A stretch of 64,000 nt of DNA from an uncultured Verrucomicrobiota bacterium (GCA_964411985.1 CAYPNF010000016.1:26725-90724), one strand, 5' to 3'; positions 1 through 9,741 are shown, counted from the stretch's first letter. The notes: a model not told the origin generated them from the letters alone. Translations and numbers: made by a program.

Positions 1-105
1 TTCTGGACGCGGCGGGTGTAGGAACCCTCCTGGAAGTCGATTCCCTTGGTCTTCAGGAACGAGCTAAGGTGCTGGTACAATTCCCCTGATTGAATAGGTT
101 TCATA
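1..105 (-). CDS. First 35 codons of an unidentified protein; the gene runs off the window start
   Basis: Reverse complement of 1..105 reads ATG AAA CCT... = MKPIQSGELYQHLSSFLKTKGIDFQEGSYTRRVQ, with no stop before the edge. No family recognised and the fragment is very short. Confidence 0.3.
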
Positions 106-204
106 GACAAGATCGTGCTTTCTTTCGCCGTCACTATCGTTGAGAAACGCCTTTTGCGCAATTACAGGGGTAAACCAGTTTTATAACGACTTTCGACCGG
201 ATTC

Positions 205-1776
205 CTACCCGCGGAAGAGGAGAAAGAACAAAGTGGTGATTACCGTGGCGGGCAGAGCGCCTAGAAAAAGCCGGAGAGGGGCGATGCCCTCGGGAAAGAA
301 GCGTCCGAGAATGGCTTGTCCGGCGGGATTCGGGGCATTGGCAATGACCGTAAGGCCACCGCCTGTGACGGCCCCCGCTACCATGGCGTATTTCATGCCG
401 TCCGAGAGTTCGGGAACCAGCGTAGCCAGGTAGGTAATGGCAGCATTGTCATTAAAGGCAGTGAGCCCGATGGAGCCAAACAGGAGCGGAATCTCGTTCA
501 GCCTCCCCAAAACGGGGCCGATCCACCATTGCTGGAGTCCGCCGTGAATCACGAGTCCCGCGAGGAAGAACCCTACCAGGATCGCAGGTCTCAGCTGCAG
601 TTCCGCCTGGTGCTCCTGGGTGACCTCCGTGAAACCGAGGAAGAAGAGGAACGTGCCGATCAAGCTCGCCGGGCTGTGGGCGAAGAGAACCGCTGCACCC
701 ATGAAAAGAAGGTTTCCAAACGTGACCCAAGTTGGGATGGGTGGAAGCCCGGAGCCGCTCTGCACGGCGGGGGATCGGTCTGCTTGGATCCGGGCGAAAT
801 CCTTCCGGAACAGCGCGAAGTAAAGTCCGTTCGACGCCAGAATGGCAAGGGCCGCTTTCCAGCCGAAGTGGGTAAGCATATACACCGTGCCCCACTTCCA
901 AGGGGCCGCGACCATAAGCACAGGCGGCGCGGCGAAGTGGGTGAGGGTACCGCCGATCGAGATATTGACGAAGAGGAGCCCGAGCGTGGCGTAGGCAAAG
1001 GCGGATCGAGGCTGCCGGGCGTAGAACTGCTTGGCCAGCAACGAGGCAGCGATGGTCATCGCCGCCGGCTCCGTGATCACGGAGCCCAGCAGCGGGGCGA
1101 GCGTCAGGATGGACCACCACCAGGCAACGGTGCCCCCGCCGAAAAGACGAGAAACAGAACGCAAAGCACGCTCCGAAAGCTCCAAGACTGGTCTTGTCGA
1201 CGCCATCGCCATGATCACCACCACGAAGATCGGCTCCTGGAAATTGACATGATGGTTGAGATACTGCGACGCGGTCTCCGGACCCAGGCGCAGGGTGATC
1301 AGCAGGGCGAGGGGGATGACCCAGATGCCAAAGATCACTTCCACTTCGCCAAGAAAGTGCAGGAGGGTTGCCAGGGGTGGCTTGGGGTTGGACCCGGCTC
1401 CCGACTCGGCCTTTGCCGCCGCCCGTGATTCAACCACATGAGCCCAATGTTGAAACTTATGGGCGAAGAAGGTGTGAACGACGGCACCCAGGAAAAGAAG
1501 CGAGGCCAGAAGATTCAGGGGCTGAATCGAGATCCGGTGCTTCAAGACCTCCACAACACTTTGGAGATGCCTGTCCTGGTAAATCTCCAAGGGAGGAGGA
1601 AAGACGCTCGGGTGCGGGGCGATGGCGTCCGCGGCGAGCGCTGGAGCACAACAACCGAGCGCACAGAGGCCTAAGGCCAGGAAAGCCAGGTTCTTGGTTC
1701 TGAGGTGACAACGCTGCCTGATCATGAACGGCACTAGGATGCGGGCGGACAGCCACAAAGGCAAGGGTTGGAACAA
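205..1776 (-). CDS. Polytopic membrane ion-transporter-like protein (ArsB/NhaD-type superfamily; resembles the DUF1504 'putative Na+/H+ antiporter' group)
   Basis: 523-aa ORF with more than 10 hydrophobic segments. C-terminal blocks LTAFNDNAAITYLATLVPE and VAGAVTGGGLTVIANAPNPAG are typical of this superfamily. The internal ATG at 1725 gives a signal-like N-terminus (MIRQRCHLRTKNLAFLALGLCALGCCAPALA), so the true start may be 1725. Confidence 0.55.
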   Translation of the reverse strand: MFQPLPLWLSARILVPFMIRQRCHLRTKNLAFLALGLCALGCCAPALAADAIAPHPSVFPPPLEIYQDRHLQSVVEVLKHRISIQPLNLLASLLFLGAVVHTFFAHKFQHWAHVVESRAAAKAESGAGSNPKPPLATLLHFLGEVEVIFGIWVIPLALLITLRLGPETASQYLNHHVNFQEPIFVVVIMAMASTRPVLELSERALRSVSRLFGGGTVAWWWSILTLAPLLGSVITEPAAMTIAASLLAKQFYARQPRSAFAYATLGLLFVNISIGGTLTHFAAPPVLMVAAPWKWGTVYMLTHFGWKAALAILASNGLYFALFRKDFARIQADRSPAVQSGSGLPPIPTWVTFGNLLFMGAAVLFAHSPASLIGTFLFFLGFTEVTQEHQAELQLRPAILVGFFLAGLVIHGGLQQWWIGPVLGRLNEIPLLFGSIGLTAFNDNAAITYLATLVPELSDGMKYAMVAGAVTGGGLTVIANAPNPAGQAILGRFFPEGIAPLRLFLGALPATVITTLFFLLFRG

Positions 1777-2105
1777 AAGGGAGAGCGCTATCGGCCATCC
1801 CGATCCTCGCCGAATATGAAGTTGTTGTAAATACCTGTAGACGTGATTGTTATATATCTTCCATCATGAGGTTCACCCAGAAACGGGCCTCCTGTGCCGC
1901 AAAAGGCACACCCTGTTGCGCTGGAACCAGTTGAACACTCTCGAAAGGCTCTGGTCCAATGCCTACGAGCCTGCCCCTGGGTGAAAAACCCATGGTCTCT
2001 CGTTGGGCGAACTGCCGAAGACGGGTGCGATGGTGTCCGATGCAATATGAATAACCGTTTGCAATCGAAAGGCAGATTCGTAAGCTTAACGGCTCAGGTC
2101 ATGTC

Positions 2106-3065
2106 GTGAGACAGTTTGTTACCATAGCGGCGAACGCGTTCATGGAGCTAGTCCGGCAACCGGTTTTCCTGTTGTTGATGACGACTTCGGGTGCTTTTGG
2201 CGTTTTCCTGGCAGCAGTGCCCTACTTCGGTTTTGGGGAAGACCCCAAACTGGTGAAGGACAGCGTGCTGGCTATGATGTTGCTGGCGGGTCTGCTGGGC
2301 GCTGTGCTCAGCGCCTCGGCTTCGGTGGCTCACGAGATCCGGACAGGGACGGCTTTGGCGGTCTTGGCGAAGCCGGTGGGCCGGGCGCAATTCCTCCTGG
2401 CCAAGTACGTGGGTTTGGCGGGAACGTTGTTGTTGCTCACTTATTTCAACACCCTCTCCGCTTTGCTGGCGAGCCGGATGGCCTTTGACGCTTATGGGTC
2501 GACGGATACGCTAGCGCTGAAGATCTACTTTGTGGCCCTGCTGTTGGCGTATGGGATCGGGGGATTCACCAACTATTTTCTGAACCGGCCTTTCGTTTCG
2601 GACGCGGTATTCAGCCTGCTGGTGATGGGTACGCTGGCCTTTGTCGTTGTGAATCTGTTTAACAAAGAAGGGGAATGGCAGGCGTTTGCGAAGGACGTGG
2701 ATTGGCGGTTGCTGCCGGCTTGTGTCCTGGTGTTGTTCGCCTTGCTGGTGCTGGCGGGGCTGGCTCTGGCTTGTTCCACCCGGTTGGAAATGATCCCTAC
2801 CCTCGTGGTTTGTTCGGGTTTGTTCCTCCTGGGTTTGATGTCCGAGTTTCTTTTTCTGGATCATGTCGAAAAGGGCAAATGGTGGGCGCAGATTCTCTAT
2901 ACCATCACCCCCAACTGGCAGCTGTTCTGGCTGGCCGATGCCCTGGAGGGCCAGCAGAAGATTCCTTGGACCTACGTGGTCAAGGCGATGGGGTATATGC
3001 TGGGATACTTGGGAGCGTCCTTGTGCGCTGCCTTGCTGCTATTTGAAGATCGTGAGCTGAGTTAA
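2106..3065 (+). CDS. ABC-2 type transporter permease-like membrane protein (NosY/GldF-like) with no cognate ATPase nearby
   Basis: 319-aa ORF with a GTG start. The N-terminus MRQFVTIAANAFMELVRQPVFLLLM is typical of ABC-2 permeases. About 6-7 TM segments and the block AHEIRTGTALAVLAKPVGRAQFLLAKY. No ABC ATPase lies upstream; the flanking gene is divergent. Confidence 0.6.
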   Translation: MRQFVTIAANAFMELVRQPVFLLLMTTSGAFGVFLAAVPYFGFGEDPKLVKDSVLAMMLLAGLLGAVLSASASVAHEIRTGTALAVLAKPVGRAQFLLAKYVGLAGTLLLLTYFNTLSALLASRMAFDAYGSTDTLALKIYFVALLLAYGIGGFTNYFLNRPFVSDAVFSLLVMGTLAFVVVNLFNKEGEWQAFAKDVDWRLLPACVLVLFALLVLAGLALACSTRLEMIPTLVVCSGLFLLGLMSEFLFLDHVEKGKWWAQILYTITPNWQLFWLADALEGQQKIPWTYVVKAMGYMLGYLGASLCAALLLFEDRELS

Positions 3066-3071
3066 ATCACC

Positions 3072-4946
3072 ATGGAACAGAGCATCCGTAGAAAAGGCCT
3101 GGTTAACTGGATCATGCTCCTCGTGCTGGGGGCATGCGGCGCTTTGGTAGCACGCTACGCGAATTCCGCCACCGGGATCGTGACCGCCGCTTTCATGACG
3201 GTGGGATTTCTGGCTGCCTTGGTCAGCTATTTCCAGATGCGTTTGGAGGATAGGGAACGCCTGGAACAGTTGGAATTCGATGAGCTCCAGCGGTCCGCCT
3301 CCAGCGCCACCCTCTTCAGCGAACAGGCCGCCGATACCTTCCCGGCACGCCGGGCGCGGGAGCAGTTTGAACGGTTCTTTGTCCCCGGTTTCACCATTCT
3401 TTTCTTCTTCCTGCAAGCCGGAGGCGCCTTCTACCTCTGGAAACACCTGGGTGAAGACAAGGTGGCTAGCTTGCAGGAGTCAACCGTCGCCTTGGCCCTG
3501 TTCGGCCTCTTCTCTTTGGTCTATTTTCAGTTTGGAAAATACTCGGCCGCCCTGGCGAGGATTGAGCGGCAGCGGCTACTTCGACCCCAGGCCAGCTACC
3601 TGTTGTTGGGCGCGGTGTTGAACCTGCTGGGGTCCCTCGTGGAAGTGGCGAATTGGGCCGGGTATTCGGCCGCAGACACCATGGTCGCGCGTGTCCTGGT
3701 GGTCATTCTCGGCCTGGTGGCGGTAGAGAACCTCATCGCCTTGGTCTTTGAGCTTTATCGTCCCCGCTTGAAGGGCGTGATGGAGCATCCGCTCTATGAA
3801 AGCCGCCTGATAGGATTGTTGAGCCAACCGGGTGGTCTGATCACCACTGCGGCACAGGCGTTGGACTACCAATTCGGATTCAAGGTTTCCGAGACCTGGT
3901 TCTATCGCTTTCTGGAGAAGGCGCTTGGCTGGGTGGTTCTGGCCCAGGTGGCAATCCTGTTCCTTTCCTCCATGATCGTGGTGGTCGAGCCTGGCGAGCA
4001 GGCGTTGCTGGAGCGCCTGGGCAAACCGGTGCAAGGCCGCGACCTCCTCAGCCCTGGATGGCACATCAAATACCCTTGGCCAGTGGACCGGATCTATCGG
4101 TACCAGACTGAGGCAGTGCAGGGTTTTGAGGTGGGAATTGTCCATGACGACAAGGACAGCACCCAACGCACCGTGCTTTGGACCAAGCAGCATTACAAAG
4201 AGGAGTTTCCGATGCTGGTGGCAAGCCGACAGACGCCGTTGTCGGTTGCCGGAGGCGAACAAGCGGTGCCGGTGGGCCTTTTGGCGGTGAGTCTGCCTGT
4301 TCAGTATCAAATTCAGGATGTGCGGGCCTTCGCATACAATCATGCGGCCGCCGGTGAGCTGCTGCAGAAAGTGGCTTTTGGAGAGTTTACTCGTTACTTG
4401 GTCGGGGTGGATTTGAATGACCTGATGACCACCGGTCGGAAGACGGCGGCGGTCGAACTCCAGCGCCGGATTCAGGCTCGTGCCGATGAGCACAAGCTGG
4501 GAGTGAAGATTCTCTTTGTCGGTCTGCATGATATTCATCCGCCGGTGAAGGTGGCTCCCGCCTTCGAAAGAGTGATTGGGGCCATCCAGGAGAAGGAGGC
4601 CACCAACCACTACGCCCGTGCCTACGCGGCGGAACGGGTGCCCATGGCGAGGGCCGAGGCGGCCAAGTTTCTGAACGAAGCGGAGGCCTACCGAATCCGC
4701 GAGATGGCGGCTGCGGGCGCTGCGGCGGGGCGTTTCACCAACCAGCTGACGGCGGCCAAAGCCTCCCCTGAGGTGTACCGGCTCCGCACCTATCTCGAAA
4801 CCCTGGTCGCCGCAACGGCCGCCCCACGGAAGTACATCGTTGTACCAACCAACACCCACGACGTTGTTCTCTTTAACCTGGAAGACAAGCTGCGGGCGGA
4901 CCTTCTCGACATCACCCTTCCGACAAGCAAGAAAACCAAAGAATAG
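3072..4946 (+). CDS. Fusion-type SPFH/band-7 protein: ~290-aa polytopic membrane N-terminal region plus an HflK/HflC-like SPFH domain
   Basis: 624 aa, with its start 6 nt after the permease stop. Multiple TM helices in the first ~300 residues are followed by an SPFH signature (VVVEPGEQALLERLGKP..., GWHIKYPWPVDRIYRY) and an Ala/Glu-rich coiled-coil tail (ARAEAAKFLNEAEAYRIREMAAAGAAAG). Confidence 0.7.
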   Translation: MEQSIRRKGLVNWIMLLVLGACGALVARYANSATGIVTAAFMTVGFLAALVSYFQMRLEDRERLEQLEFDELQRSASSATLFSEQAADTFPARRAREQFERFFVPGFTILFFFLQAGGAFYLWKHLGEDKVASLQESTVALALFGLFSLVYFQFGKYSAALARIERQRLLRPQASYLLLGAVLNLLGSLVEVANWAGYSAADTMVARVLVVILGLVAVENLIALVFELYRPRLKGVMEHPLYESRLIGLLSQPGGLITTAAQALDYQFGFKVSETWFYRFLEKALGWVVLAQVAILFLSSMIVVVEPGEQALLERLGKPVQGRDLLSPGWHIKYPWPVDRIYRYQTEAVQGFEVGIVHDDKDSTQRTVLWTKQHYKEEFPMLVASRQTPLSVAGGEQAVPVGLLAVSLPVQYQIQDVRAFAYNHAAAGELLQKVAFGEFTRYLVGVDLNDLMTTGRKTAAVELQRRIQARADEHKLGVKILFVGLHDIHPPVKVAPAFERVIGAIQEKEATNHYARAYAAERVPMARAEAAKFLNEAEAYRIREMAAAGAAAGRFTNQLTAAKASPEVYRLRTYLETLVAATAAPRKYIVVPTNTHDVVLFNLEDKLRADLLDITLPTSKKTKE

Positions 4947-4984
4947 CCGAGAGTAGCTTTTGAACTGATCGCTGGAAACTGACT

Positions 4985-5881
4985 ATGAAGCGTAATCCCA
5001 TCACCCTCGCCACGGGTATTCTTGTCCTCCTGGTTTTCGGAGCCATGCTCTTCGTTTTCCAGGTTCGCCAGACTGAGGTAGCCGTCGTAACCACTCTCGG
5101 TCGCTACAGCGGCGCCTATGAGCCCGGTCCGCACTTGCGGCTTCCCTGGCCCATTCAGAACGTCTACCGGTTCGACAACCGGATTCGGAATCTGGGCAAC
5201 AAGTTCGAGCCCGTGAACACCGGAGATGGGCGCATTTTGCTCATGGATGTGTTCGTCGGGTGGCGCATCTCCGATCCCAGGCGTTTTCTCGAGAAGTTCA
5301 ACAACGACGTGACTCGCGCCGAGAAGAGCCTAGAAGATCTCCTGCGCGATGCGAAAATGACGACCGTCAGCGCGCATAACCTCGCCGACTTTATTTCGCC
5401 CAACCCACAAGAACTGAAGTTCGAGAAGATTGAAAAAGACATGCTGGAAGCCCTCAAGCCCAAGGCCGAAGCCAGCTACGGTATCGAAGTCGCCCTGTTG
5501 GGAATCAAACAGATCGGATTGCCCGAAGGGATTACCGCCAAGGTGTTTGAACGTATGACGGCCGAACGCGAGCAGTTGGTGAAGCAGTTCCGCGGCGAAG
5601 GTGCCGCCGAGGCGATCCGGATCCGTTCCGACGCCGACCGCCAGCGGGACCAAATCCTGGCGGAAGCGGAATCCAAGGCGACTTTGATTCGGGGAGAGGC
5701 GGATGCTGCTGCTGCCAAGTCTTTGAAGGTGTTTGAGCAGGACCCGGAACTGGCGGTGTTCCTGCTGAAGCTCAACGCACTGGAACGTTCGTTGAAGGAA
5801 CGCGCCACGCTGATTCTGGACACGCGCACGCCTCCCTTTGATCTGCTCAAAGGCCAGGCGGGATCCGGCTCCATCAAGTAA
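4985..5881 (+). CDS. SPFH/band-7 family protein, HflC-like
   Basis: 298 aa with a single N-terminal TM (ITLATGILVLLVFGAMLFVF). An SPFH core follows (VRQTEVAVVTTLGRYSG..PGPHLRLPWPIQNVYRFDNR), then a coiled-coil tail (RGEGAAEAIRIRSDADRQRDQILAEAESKATLIRGEADAAAAK). Confidence 0.75.
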   Translation: MKRNPITLATGILVLLVFGAMLFVFQVRQTEVAVVTTLGRYSGAYEPGPHLRLPWPIQNVYRFDNRIRNLGNKFEPVNTGDGRILLMDVFVGWRISDPRRFLEKFNNDVTRAEKSLEDLLRDAKMTTVSAHNLADFISPNPQELKFEKIEKDMLEALKPKAEASYGIEVALLGIKQIGLPEGITAKVFERMTAEREQLVKQFRGEGAAEAIRIRSDADRQRDQILAEAESKATLIRGEADAAAAKSLKVFEQDPELAVFLLKLNALERSLKERATLILDTRTPPFDLLKGQAGSGSIK

Positions 5882-5904
5882 AGCGGGTTGACTGTCATCA
5901 GACT

Positions 5905-6993
5905 ATGAGCGACCCAAAACAAACGCAACCGGTCCAGGGGGGACCTCCTCTGCAATCAGCGGAGGATTCCAGTTCGCAAGCCCTTTCGGAGGCGATGCAG
6001 AGCAGTTTTCAGGTGGTGAAGCTGCTCATGATCGGCTTGGTGGCCCTCTTCTGTTTCTCCGGAGGCTTCATCGTCAAGCCGAACGAGGTCGTAGTGGTAC
6101 TCCGCTTTGGCAAACCCAAGGGCACCGGCCCCGAGCAGCTCCTGAAGCCCGGCTGGCATTGGGCCATGCCTTATCCCATCGATGAAAAGGTCCGCATCCC
6201 CATCGGCCAGAGCCATACGGTACGCTCGAGCGCTGGCTGGTACGCGACGACCCCCGACATGGAGGCCAGAAGCGAGGAACCACAGCCCCGGGGCTACCTG
6301 AGCCCAGAGATCGATGGCTACACCCTGACCGCCGACGGAAACATCATTCATGTGCGTGCGACGGTGAACTACCGGATTAGCGATCCGATCCGCTATACCT
6401 TTGGCTTTACCAACGTGCTCGGCACCCTGACCAATGTGCTGAACAACGCGATTCTGTTCGCCTCCTCCCGATTCACGGCGGACGCGGCGCTGTACAGTGA
6501 CCGGGCCCGGTTTCGAGACGCGGTGTTGGACAGGGTCAACCAGCAGGTCAAAAACCTGCACCTGGGAATTTCCTTGGAACCAGGGGATGTCGAAACCAAG
6601 GCTCCTGCGGACGTGCGCCAGGCCTTCGAGAACGTAAATGCCGCGATGCAGGAACGCAGCAAGCTGGTCAGCGACGCCCGCGGCTACTCCGATGAAGTGA
6701 CGAGCAAGGCGGTGGGTGAAGCCCGCGCGGTAGTCAGCGGCGGCCTGGTCAGCAGCAATCGCGTCGTCAGCGCCATCATCGCGGACGCAACGTACTTTCA
6801 GGATCAGCTGCCCTCCTACCAAAGGAATCCAGCGCTGTTCCGCGAGCGGGTTCTGGCCGCCACCATGGGACGCGCCCTCACCAACGCCCAGGAGAAGTTT
6901 TTCCTGCCCGACCGGATCGACGGCCAACCCCGGGAACTTCGCTTGCAGCTCAGCCGCGAACCCCAGAAGAAGGAACGCGAGTCAGCGTATTAA
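5905..6993 (+). CDS. SPFH/band-7 family protein, HflK-like
   Basis: 362 aa with a polar N-terminal tail and one TM (VKLLMIGLVALFCFSGGFIV). SPFH core: KPNEVVVVLRFGKPKG...LKPGWHWAMPYPIDEKVRIP and NIIHVRATVNYRISDP. Confidence 0.7.
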   Translation: MSDPKQTQPVQGGPPLQSAEDSSSQALSEAMQSSFQVVKLLMIGLVALFCFSGGFIVKPNEVVVVLRFGKPKGTGPEQLLKPGWHWAMPYPIDEKVRIPIGQSHTVRSSAGWYATTPDMEARSEEPQPRGYLSPEIDGYTLTADGNIIHVRATVNYRISDPIRYTFGFTNVLGTLTNVLNNAILFASSRFTADAALYSDRARFRDAVLDRVNQQVKNLHLGISLEPGDVETKAPADVRQAFENVNAAMQERSKLVSDARGYSDEVTSKAVGEARAVVSGGLVSSNRVVSAIIADATYFQDQLPSYQRNPALFRERVLAATMGRALTNAQEKFFLPDRIDGQPRELRLQLSREPQKKERESAY

Positions 6994-7011
6994 CCCTTTC
7001 TCCAGATTCTC

Positions 7012-9084
7012 ATGCAGGTAACCTCCCTTTTCAGCCGCCAGCAGGATCGGCATGATCACCACGATCATTCGTGCTGCAACCACGATCACCCTCACGACCA
7101 TGACCATCACCATAAACACGACGATGGGTGTGGGTGTGGCCACGATCATGAGCATGTGCAGATCCGGCTGCCCCAGACCATCGCGGGCTTGCTCTTCGTC
7201 ATCAATTCATACCTGGTCAACTGGCTCCTGCCCAACGGCAACATGGTGGCCAGCGCGAGTGCGATGCTCGGCGCCCTCATTCTTGGGGCTCCCATTATCT
7301 GGACCTCGGTCAAAGACCTCCGTCGAGGAACGCTGAGTATCAACGAGCTGGTGAGTATCGCGGTGCTGGCTTCCTTCGCCAGCGGCGATTACCAAACCGC
7401 CGGGATCGTGGCTTTCTTCATGCTCCTCGGCGAAATCATCGAGACCCGTACGGCGGCCGGCGCGCGCGCCTCCATCGAATCGCTGATCAAACTCACCCCT
7501 ACCAAGGCCCGTCGTATCATGAAAGGTGGGAAAGAAGAGGAGGTGCCCGCCAAAGACCTCGCCATCGGCGACCTCATCCGCATCCGGCCTGGAGACAACG
7601 TGGCAGCCGACGGGGTCATCACGGCGGGGCAGGGCTCATTCAACCAAGCGAATATCACCGGGGAATCTCTTCCGGTGGATAAGAACCCGGGGGACCAGGT
7701 CTTCGCCGGCACGCAGAATCTCACCGGGGTGTTGGAGATCAAAGTGACTCGCGCGGGCGAAGACACCACCCTGGGCCAGGTGCGCGACCTGATCCTGGCG
7801 GCGGAAAAGACCAAGCTGCCGATCATGCGAATTGTGGACCAGTACATGGTCTATTATACGCCCTTTGTGCTGGTGATTGGGGCCTTGGTCTGGGCCTTCA
7901 CCCACAGCCTCGATAGAATGATCGCCGTCCTCGTCGTCTCCTGCCCGTGCGCTTTCATTCTGGCTTCCCCGACAGCGATGGTGGCGGCGCTTTCGGCCGC
8001 CGCCCGTTTGGGGGTGCTGATCAAGAACGTGTCGGACCTGGAATCGGCTGCACGGATCAACGCGTTCATCTTCGACAAGACCGGGACTCTCACGACGGGG
8101 CAGCTCGAAGTCAGCCGCCTGGCTCCCGTAGGCGATATCAAGCCAGCGGAGTTACTGCGCGTGGCTGCCTCGGCTGAAAAGTACAGTAACCATCCCACGG
8201 CGAAGGCCATCGCGGCGCTGGCCGGAGAGGCAGGCGTGCCCCTTTCTGAGCCGGGTGGTTTTCAGGAAACAGCCGGCCGCGGCGTCAAAGCCCAAATCGA
8301 CGGTTCGGCGGTCCTGGTGGGTCGTGCCCAGTGGCTGAAGGACAACGGGATTGGGGAAGACTTTTCCAAATCGGTCGATCTGAACGAGACCGAAGGGTTC
8401 AGTCTCCTGTACGTGGCCCGGGGCGGGCAGTTCCTGGGATGGATTGGCTTGCGTGATCAGACGCGCCCGGAGGCCAAGGAATCGTTGAGCGCCTTGCTCC
8501 AGACCGGTGTCAGGCGCATCGCCATGATTTCTGGGGATCGACAACCGGTCGCGGCTCGCGTAGCACGCGAAATCGGCTGTGAAGAGGTCATGGCCGAGTG
8601 CTTGCCGCAGAACAAGGTCGAGTTCGTTCGGCTCATGAAATCGAAGGGCTACCGGGTCGCGGTGGTGGGCGATGGTGTCAACGACGCGCCCGCCCTGGCC
8701 GCAGGGGATATCGGTATCGCCATGGGCGCGGCAGGCAGTGAGGTGGCAATCCACAGCGCCACGATCGCCCTCATGAACAGCGACCTCCGCCGCCTGCCTT
8801 TCCTCGTGAAGCTTTCGCGTAACACGCGTGGGGTGATCAACCAGAATTTCCTGTTCGGAGTGTTCTTCATTATCGGGGGTCTCACGCTGGCGGCTTTTGG
8901 TTACATCAACCCCATTGTGGCCGCCATTATGCATAATGCCGGCTCGCTGATCGTGGTGTTCAACAGCGCCCGATTAGTGCGCCAGGGCGAACACTTGGAG
9001 CCATTCCGTGCCGATGCACCCACCAAGCCCTCAGACAGTGCCCCTCAGGTGCCACAGGGACAATTCAGCCCGACGGTTGCTTGA
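7012..9084 (+). CDS. Heavy-metal translocating P1B-type ATPase (Zn/Cd/Co-type) with a His/Cys-rich N-terminal tail
   Basis: 690 aa. Motifs: TGES (NITGESLPV), TM6 CPC (VVSCPCAFILASP), phosphorylation site DKTGTLT, HP (SNHPTAKAI) and hinge GDGVNDAPAL. The N-terminus HDHHDHSCCNHDHPHDHDHHHKHDDGCGCGHDHEH stands where a classical HMA domain would be. Confidence 0.9.
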   Translation: MQVTSLFSRQQDRHDHHDHSCCNHDHPHDHDHHHKHDDGCGCGHDHEHVQIRLPQTIAGLLFVINSYLVNWLLPNGNMVASASAMLGALILGAPIIWTSVKDLRRGTLSINELVSIAVLASFASGDYQTAGIVAFFMLLGEIIETRTAAGARASIESLIKLTPTKARRIMKGGKEEEVPAKDLAIGDLIRIRPGDNVAADGVITAGQGSFNQANITGESLPVDKNPGDQVFAGTQNLTGVLEIKVTRAGEDTTLGQVRDLILAAEKTKLPIMRIVDQYMVYYTPFVLVIGALVWAFTHSLDRMIAVLVVSCPCAFILASPTAMVAALSAAARLGVLIKNVSDLESAARINAFIFDKTGTLTTGQLEVSRLAPVGDIKPAELLRVAASAEKYSNHPTAKAIAALAGEAGVPLSEPGGFQETAGRGVKAQIDGSAVLVGRAQWLKDNGIGEDFSKSVDLNETEGFSLLYVARGGQFLGWIGLRDQTRPEAKESLSALLQTGVRRIAMISGDRQPVAARVAREIGCEEVMAECLPQNKVEFVRLMKSKGYRVAVVGDGVNDAPALAAGDIGIAMGAAGSEVAIHSATIALMNSDLRRLPFLVKLSRNTRGVINQNFLFGVFFIIGGLTLAAFGYINPIVAAIMHNAGSLIVVFNSARLVRQGEHLEPFRADAPTKPSDSAPQVPQGQFSPTVA

Positions 9085-9193
9085 CGCGACTTTGGATGGT
9101 ATAGGTAAGGCAGGTCGCGAATTAGGCCCGCCCGCTCCAATCATGCTCACTGGGTATGGTTTGCGGTTAGGCCGCATGTGAGAAAGATAAACA

Positions 9194-9688
9194 ATGCTGA
9201 AAAACGAACTGCTGGAAGCGTTGAACAAGCAGATCAACGCGGAAATGTATTCCTCCTATCTGTACCTTTCCATGGCTTCCTGGCTGGAAGCCGAGAACCT
9301 TACCGGAATGGCCTCCTGGATGAAAACCCAGGCCAGGGAAGAGTGGAGCCATTCGATGAAGTTCTACCAATTCATCTATGAAAGGGGCGGCCGCGTCACC
9401 CTCCAGGCTATCGCCGCGCCTCCCGCCAAGTGGGATAGCCCCTTGGCCGTTTTCGAAGAGGTGGGTCGTCACGAACAGCACGTTACCAAACTGATCTACG
9501 AAATCCTGGAACAAGCCCAGGCAGTCAAGGATCACGCCACCGTCGCCTTTCTGCAATGGTTTGTGAAGGAACAGGTCGAGGAAGAGGCCACCGCAGCTGA
9601 CGTGCTCAGCAAGGTGAAGATGGTGAGTGGTTCGCCAAACGGACTTTTCCTCATCGACCGCATGCTGGGCGAGCGCAAGGGCGAATAA
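9194..9688 (+). CDS. ftn: Non-haem bacterial ferritin
   Basis: 164 aa with four-helix-bundle ferritin blocks: LNKQINAEMYSSYLYLSMASW, REEWSHSMKFYQFIYERGG, EQHVTKLIYEI, FLQWFVKEQVEEE. Confidence 0.85.
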   Translation: MLKNELLEALNKQINAEMYSSYLYLSMASWLEAENLTGMASWMKTQAREEWSHSMKFYQFIYERGGRVTLQAIAAPPAKWDSPLAVFEEVGRHEQHVTKLIYEILEQAQAVKDHATVAFLQWFVKEQVEEEATAADVLSKVKMVSGSPNGLFLIDRMLGERKGE

Positions 9689-9696
9689 CCCCCTCC

Positions 9697-9729
9697 CCTG
9701 CTCCTGCCCTGCTCCTGCCCTGCTCCTGC
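9697..9729. repeat. Perfect 3 x 11-bp tandem repeat (CCTGCTCCTGC)
   Basis: Read directly in the ferritin 3' flank. Units are at 9697-9707, 9708-9718 and 9719-9729. Confidence 0.9.
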
Positions 9730-9741
9730 TCAGACCCTGCT

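Noticed and set aside
1894-2109. 71-aa ORF ending in a GTGA overlap with the ABC-2 permease start
   Set aside because: There is no recognisable fold, signal or hydrophobic pattern, and it lies in a likely divergent promoter region. The overlap alone is insufficient evidence.
3576-4859. 427-aa ORF on the - strand (and similarly 316..1428 +, 5956..6927 -, 24270..25076 -, 25630..26496 -, 45660..46559 -, 31377..32306 -)
   Set aside because: All lie antisense to genes with convincing family motifs and have Arg/Gly/Pro-biased translations. I treat them as GC-driven open frames.
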